A stretch of DNA of 63,892 bases, filler included, from Octopus bimaculoides (Eukaryota), in NCBI RefSeq assembly GCF_001194135.2. It is 4 parts of 4 records of this genome, joined end to end, with 100 filler letters (N's around TTAATTAATTAA, not from the genome) between each part and the next. Parts side by side here need not be neighbours in the genome. Positions count along the whole stretch, not along the records: positions 43,777 to 61,058 come from NC_068993.1; positions 61,159 to 63,892 come from NC_068986.1; 2 more parts are not named here. The stretch is one strand, 5' to 3'. Every line of letters begins with the position of its first letter. Position 1 is the first letter of the stretch. The translations under genes were made by a program, and so were the position numbers. Shown here in pieces: positions 51,142 to 63,860 of the stretch. The notes under the pieces were generated by a model that saw only the letters and a program-made list of their open reading frames with translations, made no database searches and was not told the DNA's origin.

Positions 51142-52734
51142 GTAAGTGATTGCATGTTTTAAGACCAGTAAACAAAAATGGTCAATAACAGAAACCTTTT
51201 TATTTATTTTTTTTTTTTTTTAGAAGAGCAATATTGGCTGCTGCAATTATTAAGCAAAACCTTATATTTATAACTTGTCTTATTTTCTTTAAAACCAGTT
51301 TTTCTTTTACCGTTTGGCTTTTTTAAAAAGATAGATATAAAAAAATGTCTATAGACTAATAATTAACCAAAATGTATCTCATTTACATATTCTTAAAACG
51401 AAATAAGTGCTTCATATCATGCTGGTAGCAGAAAACAAATAATAATGACTAGCCAATCAATTAATTAACTCCTAGAGCTGTAAATACTCTAATTAAAGTG
51501 TGATAATATTGACAGATACATTAAGTGACAATAATAATGAATTAATGACAGTGTGTTGTGTTTGTAGTTGCTGTTGGTACCTTATATCTGTTAGCTGTTT
51601 TTGTATCACTAAAAATTACTTACATAATAACAACACAGTATATTAACTTCAGTTTATTAATTTCTTAACTCCATCCTCTATTTAATTTAATTCACGTCTG
51701 TTATTCTTCTCAAATACATCAAATAACATTTTCCTTCTTGTTCTTTTAACTGAGATGGGTTTTCATATTTAAATATTTGTATGCTTCTATGAAAACAGTT
51801 TGATGTGTCCTATATATATATATCAAACTGACTTACCCACCCACTCTACTCTTCTTTTGTTCCCCTTTCTCTAACTCAAGGGTAAACACCCTGATACATC
51901 TTCACCACCATTGTCTTTCTCTTCCAACTGGAGTATCCATGTATATACCCTACCGCAAGGCATCTGTTCCCTTCCTCTATCATACTTTAACTTCTCTCAT
52001 CATGTCGCATAAAATTATCCCTTTCAATGCCGTTTCCCCACTTCAGTTGAGTGGGGTTCTTTGAACCCTAAAATATAGGGTTGGGATCAAACAATTTACT
52101 TTCAAAACTGTTAACACTTGCTTCGATACTGTTGTAACTTCTATATTTTCCTGTGATAAAACTGATGCTCATAGTTTTCAGTATAATTGCACAAGTAAAG
52201 AAACTATCATACAGCTACAATTTCATATTATAATCTCTATAATACAACTTAATATAATACCTAAATGAGGACGATTGCTACAAAGAATAAAAAATGCAAA
52301 TAATTATAACATTTCAAAAAAAGGAATCGGGGTGATAATAGTGAAGTTTTTATAAGAATTTAGACAGTCACCTCTGGTTTTTTGTAAAAGTGTAAACTTT
52401 ATTTAGCTGTATTCTGGTTTTGATGTTTTTGTCTTTTCTTTTTCAACCTAAACTGCTGCAGACCAGCTGTTCAATAATATTAGTTTAAATTAACATAATG
52501 CAGTTTAGTTTAGTATTCAAAAATGATAACTTCACAATAAAATAACTAATAATATCTGAGAGATTATGGAAACAAATTTGACTACATTGTATGATTTAAA
52601 AATACGGATAGATTAAATTATGTGCTGATGAATGATTTAAAGATCAAATTGTGAAATTCTTAAAGAAATGATGGTAGAGTTTGAAGTTTTATGTCCATCA
52701 TGCATTATCCAATTTTTAATTATCATATAATAAG

Positions 52735-52870
52735 ATGGCAAGCTGGCAGAATCGGTAGCACACCAGGCAAAATGCTTAGTGGCATTTCGTCCATCTTCAC
52801 ATTCTGAAGTTAAATTCTGCTGAGGATGGTTTGTCTTTCATCCTTTTGAGTCCAATAAAATATGTACCAG
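52735..52870 (+). mobile_element. Family N SINE, CpG-decayed
   Basis: gatggcaagctggcagaatcgg...aaattctgctgagg...tttcatccttttgagtccaataaaatatgtaccag. Confidence 0.75.
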
Positions 52871-53281
52871 TAGGAAAAACTGTATAAATAATTAGTAGTG
52901 CCTATTTAGTAATGCAGGAGCTTTGAACTTTGTAAACTAACCAATCGTTGATGTACTAACCAACAACTGCTTCCAGAGTATCAGTAGTACTAACTAACGC
53001 ATGGTTGTAATGGAAAGTGCATGGATCTTAAAAATTATGTTTTAATGATCAACTTGAAGAAATGAATAGCTACTTCCTTTTTTCTTTTCCTTTTTTTTCT
53101 TTTTTTGACATTAAAGTTAGAAATTAAAAAAATAAATCTGAACATTAAGTAATCTTATATCTGAGGTTTCTTATGGCTACTAATTCTTTTACAAATGCTA
53201 ATGACCTCAAGATTTCTTTTTGTAATCGTTAACATATAAATAATATGATTAGAGTATATTTATATTTCGCCTATCGTTCAG

Positions 53282-53314
53282 CAACAGTGTTGTTTCTGCT
53301 CTCATAAGACTAAA
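53282..53314 (+). other. Candidate 33-nt exon
   Basis: tttcgcctatcgttcAG | caacagtgttg...agactaaa | GTAAGT. Confidence 0.35.
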
Positions 53315-53691
53315 GTAAGTATAATTTAATTCTTAGTTGAAGGATATAATACAATGCAGAGTGTGATATATACATACATGCATATATGCATGTGTGTATG
53401 GGTATATATAATATTATGAGAATATTTAAAATAGCATTTGTGATTGAGATGTATATTTTAGGGAATTTATAAATAGTATTTTCATAATATCTCTCAGATT
53501 TTATTTAGTTTTGTAACATGGTTGAATAATCTGTCAGCGAAACATTTCTCAGTCAATACAAATTTTACAATAATAGATTTGATCCTACTCCCCCATCAAT
53601 ATATGTTCTTAAACTTGTTCATTCTTAAATTCGTTTTTAAATAACAACCTCAATTTAGAATTTAAACAGTTGTCCTTAATCTTAAAGAAAC

Positions 53692-53892
53692 TACAAATAT
53701 CTTCTGGTATACAAGTCAACATAATGTTTAGTGTAAACATTCAAATGGTGTTCACTATCTTTCCAAACCCTGCTGCATTTCCCGTGGAATTTCTTGGACC
53801 CCTGAGGTCATCTTGGTGTATAAGTCGACCTACCATTTTTGACTGCAAATTTTGGTCACAAAAAATTTGGTTTGTATGCTGGAAAATACAGT
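53692..53892. mobile_element. Degenerate Tc1/mariner-pogo (Tc2/Kanga-like) MITE
   Basis: Left tacaaatatcttctggtatacaagtc and right tttgtatgctggaaaatacagt loosely match TIRs of the TACCGTATTTTCCGGCGTATAAG type; internal gtataagtcgacc. Confidence 0.4.
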
Positions 53893-54499
53893 GAAAGAAA
53901 ATGAGAAGCCAAATTTTTTTTTTAAATTTCAAATTTACAGATGAGAAATTTTTTCATGTATTAAAGTTAAAACGGTTATGGAAAATAATCAGTGATAGTA
54001 TTGATCTTTGAAAAATTTAAATGAAGAATAAATATAATTACAGTCGTTTGAAATATAGATTTTTTCTTTAATGAAGCAACACAAGAAACATTAATTTTCA
54101 TAATTATTTTCCTTTGAAACTAAATGACACACTTGATGGAGTTGGCCATGTGGTATATTTAATGAAGTTGATAATTAGAGGAGAAAATTAAACTTTTTTT
54201 TTGTAATAGGCAAATTAGATAGATATGAAAGGGTTCAATTAACCAAAATTAAGTAAAAAGTGAAAAAAAATAATTAATTCAAATAAGCAAAAAAAAAATA
54301 AAGATAAAGCAAAAATAAAAATAAAGCAAAAAAGATTTCAGAAATAATGAGAAAATTTATTAAGAAATAAAACTGAAGGTTTATATAATTTATTGGTGAT
54401 AATGAAATATTTTGAATAAATAGTTTAGTTGATGTCCAGGAAGGAATGCAAATGGTCTGTATCAGATACACAAGCACACACACATCTATACACACCACA

Positions 54500-54745
54500 A
54501 TAATGATGATGATGATGATGAATAATGGTTTCAGTGATAATGATGTTGATGATGACAATGATGATGACGACGATGATGACAACATCAATGACAGTGATAG
54601 CAATGATGACCATGACAATGATGATAATGATGATGTTGACAATGATGATGAGAATGATGATAATGATGATGATGATGATGAGATGGAAGAGGAGGGGAGG
54701 AGGCTGATGACAATAACAACGACAATGATGATGGCAACGATGAAA
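54500..54745 (+). repeat. Degenerate (GAT/GAC)n microsatellite
   Basis: Direct observation; explains the poly-D/poly-M ORFs. Confidence 0.9.
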
Positions 54746-55094
54746 AATATTAATTATTAACCTAGTGGCCCCCTCATGTTTTGGTGTTAATGATTAACAA
54801 GAAAAGCTATTAACCGATATCTAAATGTAAATAATGACTTTAACAGCTTTTAATTGTTTTAATTGTTGGAATGTATTGTTTGTTGATTGAACTTTCCAGC
54901 AGCAGTAGCAACAGCAGCAGCTTCTGGCTGTGTTGTGATATATTGATCATGTCTGATTAATATTTCTGCTAACAAACTAACTCAATCACTACTAACATTA
55001 TTAATTTTTGTCATCATTTTTCCAATTACTGATCCTCTGTCGTTTGTTCTGTGCAATTAGAATCAGAGAAAATTTTGCAGTTCTATATTTAAGA

Positions 55095-55365
55095 GATGAG
55101 GAATTATTTACATTATTTACATTTGATGGATATTTGTCATCTTGTTTGTTGTTAACACAACATTTCAGCTGATATACCCTCCAGCCTTCATCAGGTGTTT
55201 TGGGGAAATTTCGAACCTGGGTTCTCATTCCTAAGGTAATTTTCAATGTTGTTATTATTATTATTATTATTATCATTATTATTATTATTCAGGTCACTAC
55301 CTAGAATCGAACTCAGAATCTTGGGGTTAGTAGCCCGCATTCTTAACCACTATGCCATATGCCCA
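55095..55365 (-). mobile_element. Composite element: tRNA-like head, (AAT)n linker and Penelope-LTR-like body with hammerhead-like core
   Basis: Minus: TGGCATAGTGG (A-box), GAGTTCGATTC (B-box), (AAT)n, then CTGATGA-A-GGCTG gagggtatat CAGCT-GAAA. Confidence 0.55.
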
Positions 55366-55368
55366 TGA

Positions 55369-55435
<67 letters not shown>

Positions 55436-55436
<1 letters not shown>

Positions 55437-55600
55437 TGACAGGCTTCTGCATAGTTTCTGTTGACTAAATTCTCTCACAATGAATTGGCTGGCCCAGAGC
55501 TAGAACAGAAGTTGTTTGCCGAAGGTACCATACAGTGGAATTGAAACCTAAAGCATGTGGTTAGAAATTAACTTCTTAACCACACAGCAATGCTTGCATC
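55436..55600 (-). mobile_element. CORE-type SINE head, decayed
   Basis: Reverse complement of the 18180-18340 segment. Confidence 0.7.
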
Positions 55601-56994
55601 TAAAACATTTTAGAAATAATTTAACAGACAATGACTAATAGAGTAAACTGCTTTGCTCAAGGTCAATGCAATGTCTTTCCTTATTTAATTAATATTGAAC
55701 ATAAAATGGCTCATAAAAAAAAATTCATTGTAAAAAAAAATGATTTTTTCATAAACATGAAATAAAATTGATTTAAAATCAAAACGTAAAATATAAATAA
55801 AAAATCAGAATGTTCGTTGTAAAGACCTCCTTTGTAGTTAAGTGTCCATGACAAAATTACTAACAAATAGATTTTGGTGTATTGTAGTGTGTGAGCAGAC
55901 CAAGTCAAAAAAAAATATATTAATTTGCATATTGATCTCATTTTAACAAGATAACTAGTTCAATATTGATCTGAACTAATAGAAGACACACAAGCAAATA
56001 AAATCAAACAGACACTTGTTTATCTAACAAATGACGTCATTCGATTTGATTTTTACATTATTTGTTCGTTTCTATGTGTTTTTTTAATTTTATTTTTCTT
56101 TTAATTTTTGACTTTATATAACAATGTTTGGTAAATACAATGTGAAGAACGTTAAGAAATATTGTTACAATGTCATCTGCGATGTGTGGAATTTTAAGAA
56201 TGGAAGAAAGAAGTGACTGAGCAAAATAAAATAGCCTGATTAGTTATTTACATTCATTGTTCAGTATGTGTGGAACTTTGTACACCCTCAACCTATCAAG
56301 CTCAGTATCTTCTATACAACAGTAGAGTCCAGTTAATTATATAGCTGTGAATGCAGGACTCTGTAGAAGTCTCTGGATGGGTACCACCATACAGGACCAA
56401 CACTAGAACATCCAGCTCCCTTGGCTTGTCTGACAAAGCACACCACCTTCTCTTAATTATGACTGTTTTGTGAATATAACCAGAAGTAAATGCATGTAAT
56501 ATTTAATAAACAATGGTTCAGTTAGTGATGATCCACTTTGCTATTGCCAAACCATAGCCTAAACGACCACAATTCTAAACAACCACAATTCTTCATTGGC
56601 ACTTAAGAGTAAACAAATATTTATTATAAAGATTTTTCTTTTTCTTTGTTTCCTTTCTTATTCTCCTTATAAATTCATGTTTTTAGTCAGATTAAAGAAT
56701 TTTATCCAAGCTATTCAGAATTTGTGTGGTGCCAGATTTTAGCAGCCATAGTGATCACCTGATATTCCTAGTGTGTGCATGGCACCAGCTCTGATGCTAC
56801 ACCAAGGTGCTACATGCTATACTCAGCATCAATCAGAAGAAGCATGTTAGCAATAAACATTTATATAAGGGGTTGTCAGGGTTGAGTGAGAAGGTAGTAG
56901 TTAAAAGAGTGATGGTTACTAGTCACTGTCAGAGACACCAAGAAGTCCCTGACAGCCTGCTAGTACTATGGGAAGCAATATGTGGGCAGCAAAG

Positions 56995-57115
56995 AAGGCA
57001 GTGAGTTGGTAGAAACGTTAGCACACCAGACGAAATACTTAGCGGTATTTCATCTACCGTTACGTTCTGGGTTTAAATTCCGCCGAGGTCGACTTTGCCT
57101 TTCATCCTTTCAGAT
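56995..57115 (+). mobile_element. Family N SINE, 3-prime truncated
   Basis: gttggtagaaacgttagcac...aaattccgccgaggtcgactttgcctttcatcctttc. Confidence 0.8.
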
Positions 57116-57174
57116 GATATACAGGTTCATGCTCAGAACTGGTTCTTTCACACCAAAATAATAATAATAATAAA

Positions 57175-57705
57175 TAATAAATCTTAATTAATTGGAAGTG
57201 TTATCATGGACATTGTTTTGTCTTGGTATAAAAAGATGGCCTACAGCAAATATCCTGCTCAATACCACAGATTTGCTTGTCAGTTGTTTTACCTTAACCA
57301 GTTGAGCATGTCCCTTAGTGGCTGATGATATGTGCATCTCTGATCATGAGCAGAATTAGTGGGGGAGCATCATAGCCATATGCTGAGAGGAATTTTTGGG
57401 GGTTTGAATAATTCACCTTTGTAAACATGGGTGTTTTGCTCAACATCCTTAAACAAACCTTATTCAGGGACCTTTTGAGTGGGATGGGCTACTTGACCTG
57501 AAGAAAATTCTAATTGGGCCCCACATGCAAGGTCATGCGCTGTTTATCTTGATATGAGATCACCATGTCGTGCCCATATGGTTGTGATGCATGTGCCTAG
57601 TGTACCCTTATCAGACGGGTAGTCATGATGGGTATAATGAGCTTCGTATATTTTACCCCAGTGTCACTTTGATGGCATGCACTGCTCTCTCACTCAATGA
57701 TAATA
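57175..57705 (-). mobile_element. Family A element, inverted relative to the 16517 copy
   Basis: Reverse complement of 16517-17000; flanked by aat repeats. Confidence 0.85.
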
Positions 57706-58163
57706 TACTGACACAATGTTATTTCTAATCATTCATCTCTAATTTCCACACTATATTGAAGTCGAATCTTATGCAGATAAAAATATAATATTTAATTAAG
57801 CTTCGGGATATTTTCTCATTATTTATCACTAATCTACGAATTCTCCAGTCCTTGTCACGTGTAGGTGTGACCTGGTGCACGACTGAATCTATATTTATCT
57901 CTGTAAGTCTGTATCAGAAAACAAATACAGATGTATATTTATACAAATATTGGCTACTCATGTAATTAAATTATATGGTTCCTATTTATTTGCGTAATAT
58001 TCATTATAATTGTCCAGTTAATATCGATTTCACATCTCTGTTTATTTGAAGTTCAATTGATATTTAATTATTATGTTTTATATAGATACATATATATATA
58101 CATAGACATATATACATACATATATATATATATACACACATATATACACACACACACATACAA

Positions 58164-58249
<86 letters not shown>

Positions 58250-58405
58250 CTGTCAATTTATTTATCCATCCCAAATATGGAACCTTGTATCTTTGTTGGA
58301 AACTGGCTTTCTCCTCAGTGGAAGATTTATAATAATTAAAAAATAGAATAGACACACATGCACACACACACGCAGACACACATGTGCACATACACACACA
58401 CACAC

Positions 58406-58436
<31 letters not shown>

Positions 58437-59324
58437 TGTATGTATGAATAATCCAAATAATAAAGAGTCAAAAGAAATTCTTTAACACAAATGATTCGTT
58501 ATAATTTCTGGACCAACTCTGCTTGCAATGCCAATTTATGCAAAAATCCAAAGGGAAAATTCATGTAATTTCTGGAACCCAAAAGAATTCAGGATTGAGT
58601 GCTTCTCTGGAAACACCCTTCCTCTGTACCTAACCAGGACTTAATGTAACATGATATATGTATAGGTGAATATATAATCTCTCATTTCTATAAGTACATT
58701 CATGCATTTATGTCCATATAATTGTTATATATCCCCTTACCCTTCTGATACCAATCCACTTGAGACCACCCTTTTCTATTTTAAAGTGATCTAAATTTAA
58801 ACCTTCTCTGAAAATGCCATGCTATTGTATAAATTGTTCTAAGCACTAACTTGATAATTGCTAAGTTATTTTATGAAATTCTTCAAAATTTTAAAAATTG
58901 ATTGACACAAAGACAATGCATTTCATCATAAATGGTTAATGACTTTGCAGCAAAATGGTTAATGACTTTGCAAAGCTATCAGAGGTTTGCTGTACACTGT
59001 CCAGCTCTCTCTTTATTTACTACAAATGTTGGCTTAAATATTATATAAATAAATTATACATATAATGAAATAGTATTTTATAAAGAATTCTTCCTTTTCT
59101 AGCTGCTCACTTACAGCGTCTGTTACATCAGAATGGTAATGATTTCTTCTAATTTACTATTTCCTTTTCTGTGCAATAGTTCTCAAAAAACTCTTGGTAA
59201 TTTCAAGGAATTTCTTTTTTTTTTTTTACAAAATACTATTTTGTCCACTAAATACACACAAGTTCACTTTACCTGCCTCAGCACTCAGTATGCAAAAACC
59301 CAGAACAAATGCTGAAGAATATTT

Positions 59325-59470
59325 TCGTGCAATGTTCTAACAATTCTGCAAATCTGTCACCTTAGATTTCTACTTATTTAATTGACCCTAGAAGAATAAA
59401 AAGCAAAGTTAACTTTGGCAAGTTTGAGCTCAGAATATAAAGAGCCAAAATAAATGCCATAAAGCATTTT
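59325..59470 (-). mobile_element. Family N SINE, decayed
   Basis: caaagttaactttggcaagtttgagctcagaat...aaatgccataaagcattt. Confidence 0.55.
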
Positions 59471-59932
59471 GTCTGCTGTGCTAATTGTTCAACCAATTTG
59501 GTGNNNNNNNNNNNNNNNNNNNNNNNNNNNNNNNNNNNNNNNNNNNNNNNNNNNNNNNNNNNNNNNNNNNNNNNNNNNNNNNNNNNNNNNNNNNNNNNNN
59601 NNNNNNNNNNNNNNNNNNNNNNNNNNNNNNNNNNNNNNNNNNNNNNNNNNNNNNNNNNNNNNNNNNNNNNNNNNNNNNNNNNNNNNNNNNNNNNNNNNNN
59701 NNNNNNNNNNNNNNNNNNNNNNNNNNNNNNNNNNNNNNNNNNNNNNNNNATATATATATATATATAGATAGATAAATAGATAGATAGATAGATAGATATA
59801 GATATATATAGAAAGAGTGAGGGTGAGAGAAAAGAGAGATAATGAAACTGTGCTTTACATATGATTCAGAGAAAGTTTGCTGTCTCACCAAGAACAATGG
59901 TTACAATAATTAAAGTAATAATAGTTTCTTCT

Positions 59933-60150
59933 AAGGTGACGAGCTGACAGAATCATTAACATGTTGGGCAAAATGCTTAGCAGCATTCCATCTGTCTTTA
60001 CGTTCTGAGTTCAAATTCTGCCGAGGTCAACTTTGCCTTTCATCCTTTTAGAGCCGATAAAATAAGAACCAGTTGCACACTGGGGTTGATGTTATCGACT
60101 TACCCACTCCCATAAAATTGCTGGCCTTGTGCCACAATTTGAAACCAATG
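59933..60150 (+). mobile_element. Family N SINE, full length, CpG-decayed
   Basis: ggtgacgagctgacagaatc...gagttcaaattctgccgaggtcaactttgcctttcatcc...aaattgctggccttgtgccacaatttgaaacc. Confidence 0.85.
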
Positions 60151-60522
60151 TTTGTTTCTGCTGATGAGACACAAAACACAATTATTTATGGGGCAGGGGA
60201 TCAGGAATTGAGCCCTTAATGCTAATGTGTTACTAGTATTATTTAGTATTCTCAAAAATGGTAAAATATGGAATTAGAAGAGAAAACAGGGAGAGAGAGG
60301 ATAGTGAGAGAGACAGCAAACAGAACAATTAATGGCCTATAGAAATGTACCAGTCATCATCATTAATTATAATCATATTATTAATGACATGGTAACAAAT
60401 TAGCTTGACTCGCTGTCATTTGTACTAATTCCACAACTCGTTCTCTTTTTGATGATACTATTTTCTGTATTACATCGAAAAAAATATAAAAGGAAAAAAA
60501 TTACAAAAATAACAAGTTACTA

Positions 60523-60569
<47 letters not shown>

Positions 60570-60642
60570 AGATGAGACCCACATGTCTATTATTCTCTTG
60601 ATATACTAACTTTGGCTTCCACCCCTTATGAGGACACCACAA

Positions 60643-60676
<34 letters not shown>

Positions 60677-61158
60677 ATGTGTTCCCCCTCTTCTGCATGG
60701 AGGTGGGGCATGCTGTGGCGGTCCAGATATGTCGCATGCATTTTATCAGGTATCCAACTTATTTATTTATTTAATCATTTATTGCATGCCCAAGTGTGCT
60801 GGAGGTGGTGGTGGTGGTGGTGGTGGTGCGGTTGTGGTTTGGGGGAGACACCCAGTGGATGTTGGGGCAGAGGGTAAACAAAAAGAACTGAAATGGAGGA
60901 AGGGGTGCAACATAGATTGTTCTTCTGTCTTTATCATAATGATGAACAGTCTGTGCAACACAGTATTTTGGGCTGGTGAGGAATATTGGTGCTGCTGCTA
61001 ATTTTTCTGCATGAGTTATTCAATGTCCTTTTTTTCTTTTGGTGGTGATTAAGAATTTNNNNNNNNNNNNNNNNNNNNNNNNNNNNNNNNNNNNNNNNNN
61101 NNTTAATTAATTAANNNNNNNNNNNNNNNNNNNNNNNNNNNNNNNNNNNNNNNNNNNN

Positions 61159-61468
61159 AAATACAAAGACCTGGAAATAGAGATAACTCGAATGTGGAGT
61201 CTAAAAACAGAAACAATTCCTATCATAGTAGGTGCCTTAGGTATAATTAAAAAATACTCAGACAAATACATAACAAAAATACCAGGACTTACAAATATAT
61301 GTAACATACAGAAAATTGCACTACTGGGTACTGCACACATTCTACGCAAAACACTTTCAATACAGTAAACATAAAAGCACCACAGCAAACCACAGCACAT
61401 ACCCAAGGCGCACAGAGCTGCGCTCGGTAGTGAAGTGAAAGCACGTTATAAAAATAAAACTACTGAAC
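61159..61468 (+). mobile_element. Dong/R4-clade non-LTR retrotransposon 3-prime end (restriction-like endonuclease C-terminus plus UTR)
   Basis: Open frame 61159-61368: KYKDLEIEITRMWSLKTETIPIIVGALGIIKKYSDKYITKIPGLTNICNIQKIALLGTAHILRKTLSIQ* (KY..L...W....P..VGALG...Q...LLGTA.ILR), followed directly by (TAA)n, the known Dong target. Confidence 0.85.
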
Positions 61469-61503
<35 letters not shown>

Positions 61504-61605
61504 TAATAAAAATTATAATAATAATAATAATAATAATTATTATTATTATTATTATTATTATTGTTATTGTTATTATTATTATTATTTTATTATTATTATT
61601 ATTAT
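61469..61605. repeat. (AAT)n followed by (TTA)n (inverted trinucleotide arrays)
   Basis: Direct observation. Confidence 0.9.
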
Positions 61606-63539
61606 AATATCTGCAGTTCTCCTTCTCTTCCACTTCCTATAGGAATTGACTTTCTCACGTACTCCACAATAATATTCACCTATTCCTGATCGTTTCTTTT
61701 CTTAATCTTCAACAATGAGAAATAAATTTAAAAAATGTATATATACTCATAGAAAGTATAATTTATAACATATTATGAATGTATTCATACATTCAATATA
61801 CATTTTGACTTAAATTCAAAAGTGAACTGGAAGACACTCTGTATAGGTATTATATAATAAGTTTGTAAAACTAGGTGGCTTCACCCTGAAATGATAATGT
61901 CCAGGAAGGAAAACTTTCACTGAACAATTAATTTCAATAGCGATATTCAATTTTAAAGGTTCGTTCAAATCAAAATAGATATATTACCTGTGTACCGGAA
62001 TCCCGGATCTGTACAGCATTCAACTTTATAACAATGTAATATTCAAGTTATTTCTGTTTCATTCTTGTTTTCAGTTTAGGAAGTCTGTCTATAAACTCCT
62101 TGTTTCTATACAACATATTTCTTTCGGGCAGTAAATAGGCTTCTACTTTTTATATACAATTTTTCTTTTCTATAGGAAACAGGTTCAGTTTCAATTTCGG
62201 TGCGGTGTCAGACGAATAACAAACTATGGGAGAGGAAAATGTGCAACACTGTTAAAGAAGGAAAAGAGACGATGTATAAAAGATAGAGACGCACCTAAGG
62301 TTTCTGACAAACCTCAGAGAAAAGATTACAAAATCAACAAAATAACAGAAGCTGAATAAGAAGTAAAAGACGCGTGAAAATACGGGTCAATCGTCACCGA
62401 GTCAAGAGGCATGCTGGAAAAGAGAATTTTTTCAGAAGAAAATGTGACTTACCCGATAAGCAAAACAACAATTTGGAGCTCAATAGATTTAAGAATTTGA
62501 TGTGACGCCTTTCTTACAATACTTGCTATTTTTAAGATCGCGAGTTAGCACTGTATACAAGCATACATACATGCATATTTGATATATNNNNNNNNNNNNN
62601 NNNNNNNNNNNNNNNNNNNNNNNNNNNNNNNNNNNNNNNNNNNNNNNNNNNNNNNTATACATACATACATACATGCACATTTTCTCCATGTACATACATA
62701 CGTTCATGCATGAATGTATATTTAAGCGTATATGTATGCATGTGTATGTGTGTATACATACATACATACATACATACATACATACATACATACACACACA
62801 CACAGATGAATATGCATATACACAGATGAATATGCATATACACAGATGAATATGCATATACACACTTCTGAAAAAGCCACACTCACTCACACACACACAC
62901 ATCCGTACTCACACTTAGTATATATTAAAAAAAACCCTTCTAATCTACCCTCAACCTCCAAACACATGTTCGTTTCCTTCCCCATTTAACCTTTCCTACA
63001 GTTATACTCCCCGCATTATTTTCCCAATTTTTTAAACATATTATTATTTCTCGAAAAAAAAAAACATCTTTTGTTTAGAATTTATTTTCAATTTAAAAAT
63101 TTATTTATATATTTTTTTCCTTCATTTTATGAAATTCTTTTGTTTGAGCAAAGAAAATGAAACTTGATTTTGTTTTTACTTTTCCTTAACCTAACTACTT
63201 TTCTATTAAGTTGGAATTAATTATAATATAGTTATTTAAACTCTCACTCATTTAATAACCCTTTCTCCTCGTCCACCGTTGATTAAACCCCGCTATTGCC
63301 TACCTACGCCCACCCCCGCCAATGTTGGTCGTATTTCAACTTATTACGTTTAATTAGACTCATTTCCCACTTACTTTTATTTGTTGTAAAGATCTTCTGT
63401 TTCTTTCTTTCTCGCTTTTCTCCCACCCTCGCTCTGTCACGCCGAAGTCCTTTTCTGTCTGTCTCTCTCTGTCTCTCTCTGTCTCTCTGTTCTCTTATCT
63501 TATCTCTGAAAACCTCTCCTCCATGTGTGCGCGCCACTG

Positions 63540-63756
63540 TGTGTGTGTTTGTGTATATGTGTGTATGTATGTATGTATGTATGTATGTATGTATGTATAT
63601 ATATATAGATAGATAAACAGATGGATAGATAGGTAGATAGATAGATATAGATATACATACATACATATATATCTATATTTGTATGTGTGTATTTGTATAT
63701 ATATATATATACGTATGTATTTGTGTGCGTGTATATATATATTATCTCTCTCTCTC

Positions 63757-63820
<64 letters not shown>

Positions 63821-63860
63821 CCACACACACACATGTATATATATATAAGCTACCTTAATA
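63540..63860 (+). repeat. Compound (TG)/(TATG)/(GATA)/(TA)/(CA) microsatellite block
   Basis: Direct observation. Confidence 0.9.

Noticed and set aside
56031-56040. Perfect CRE palindrome ATGACGTCAT
   Set aside because: A single 10-mer without supporting context; not distinguishable from chance.
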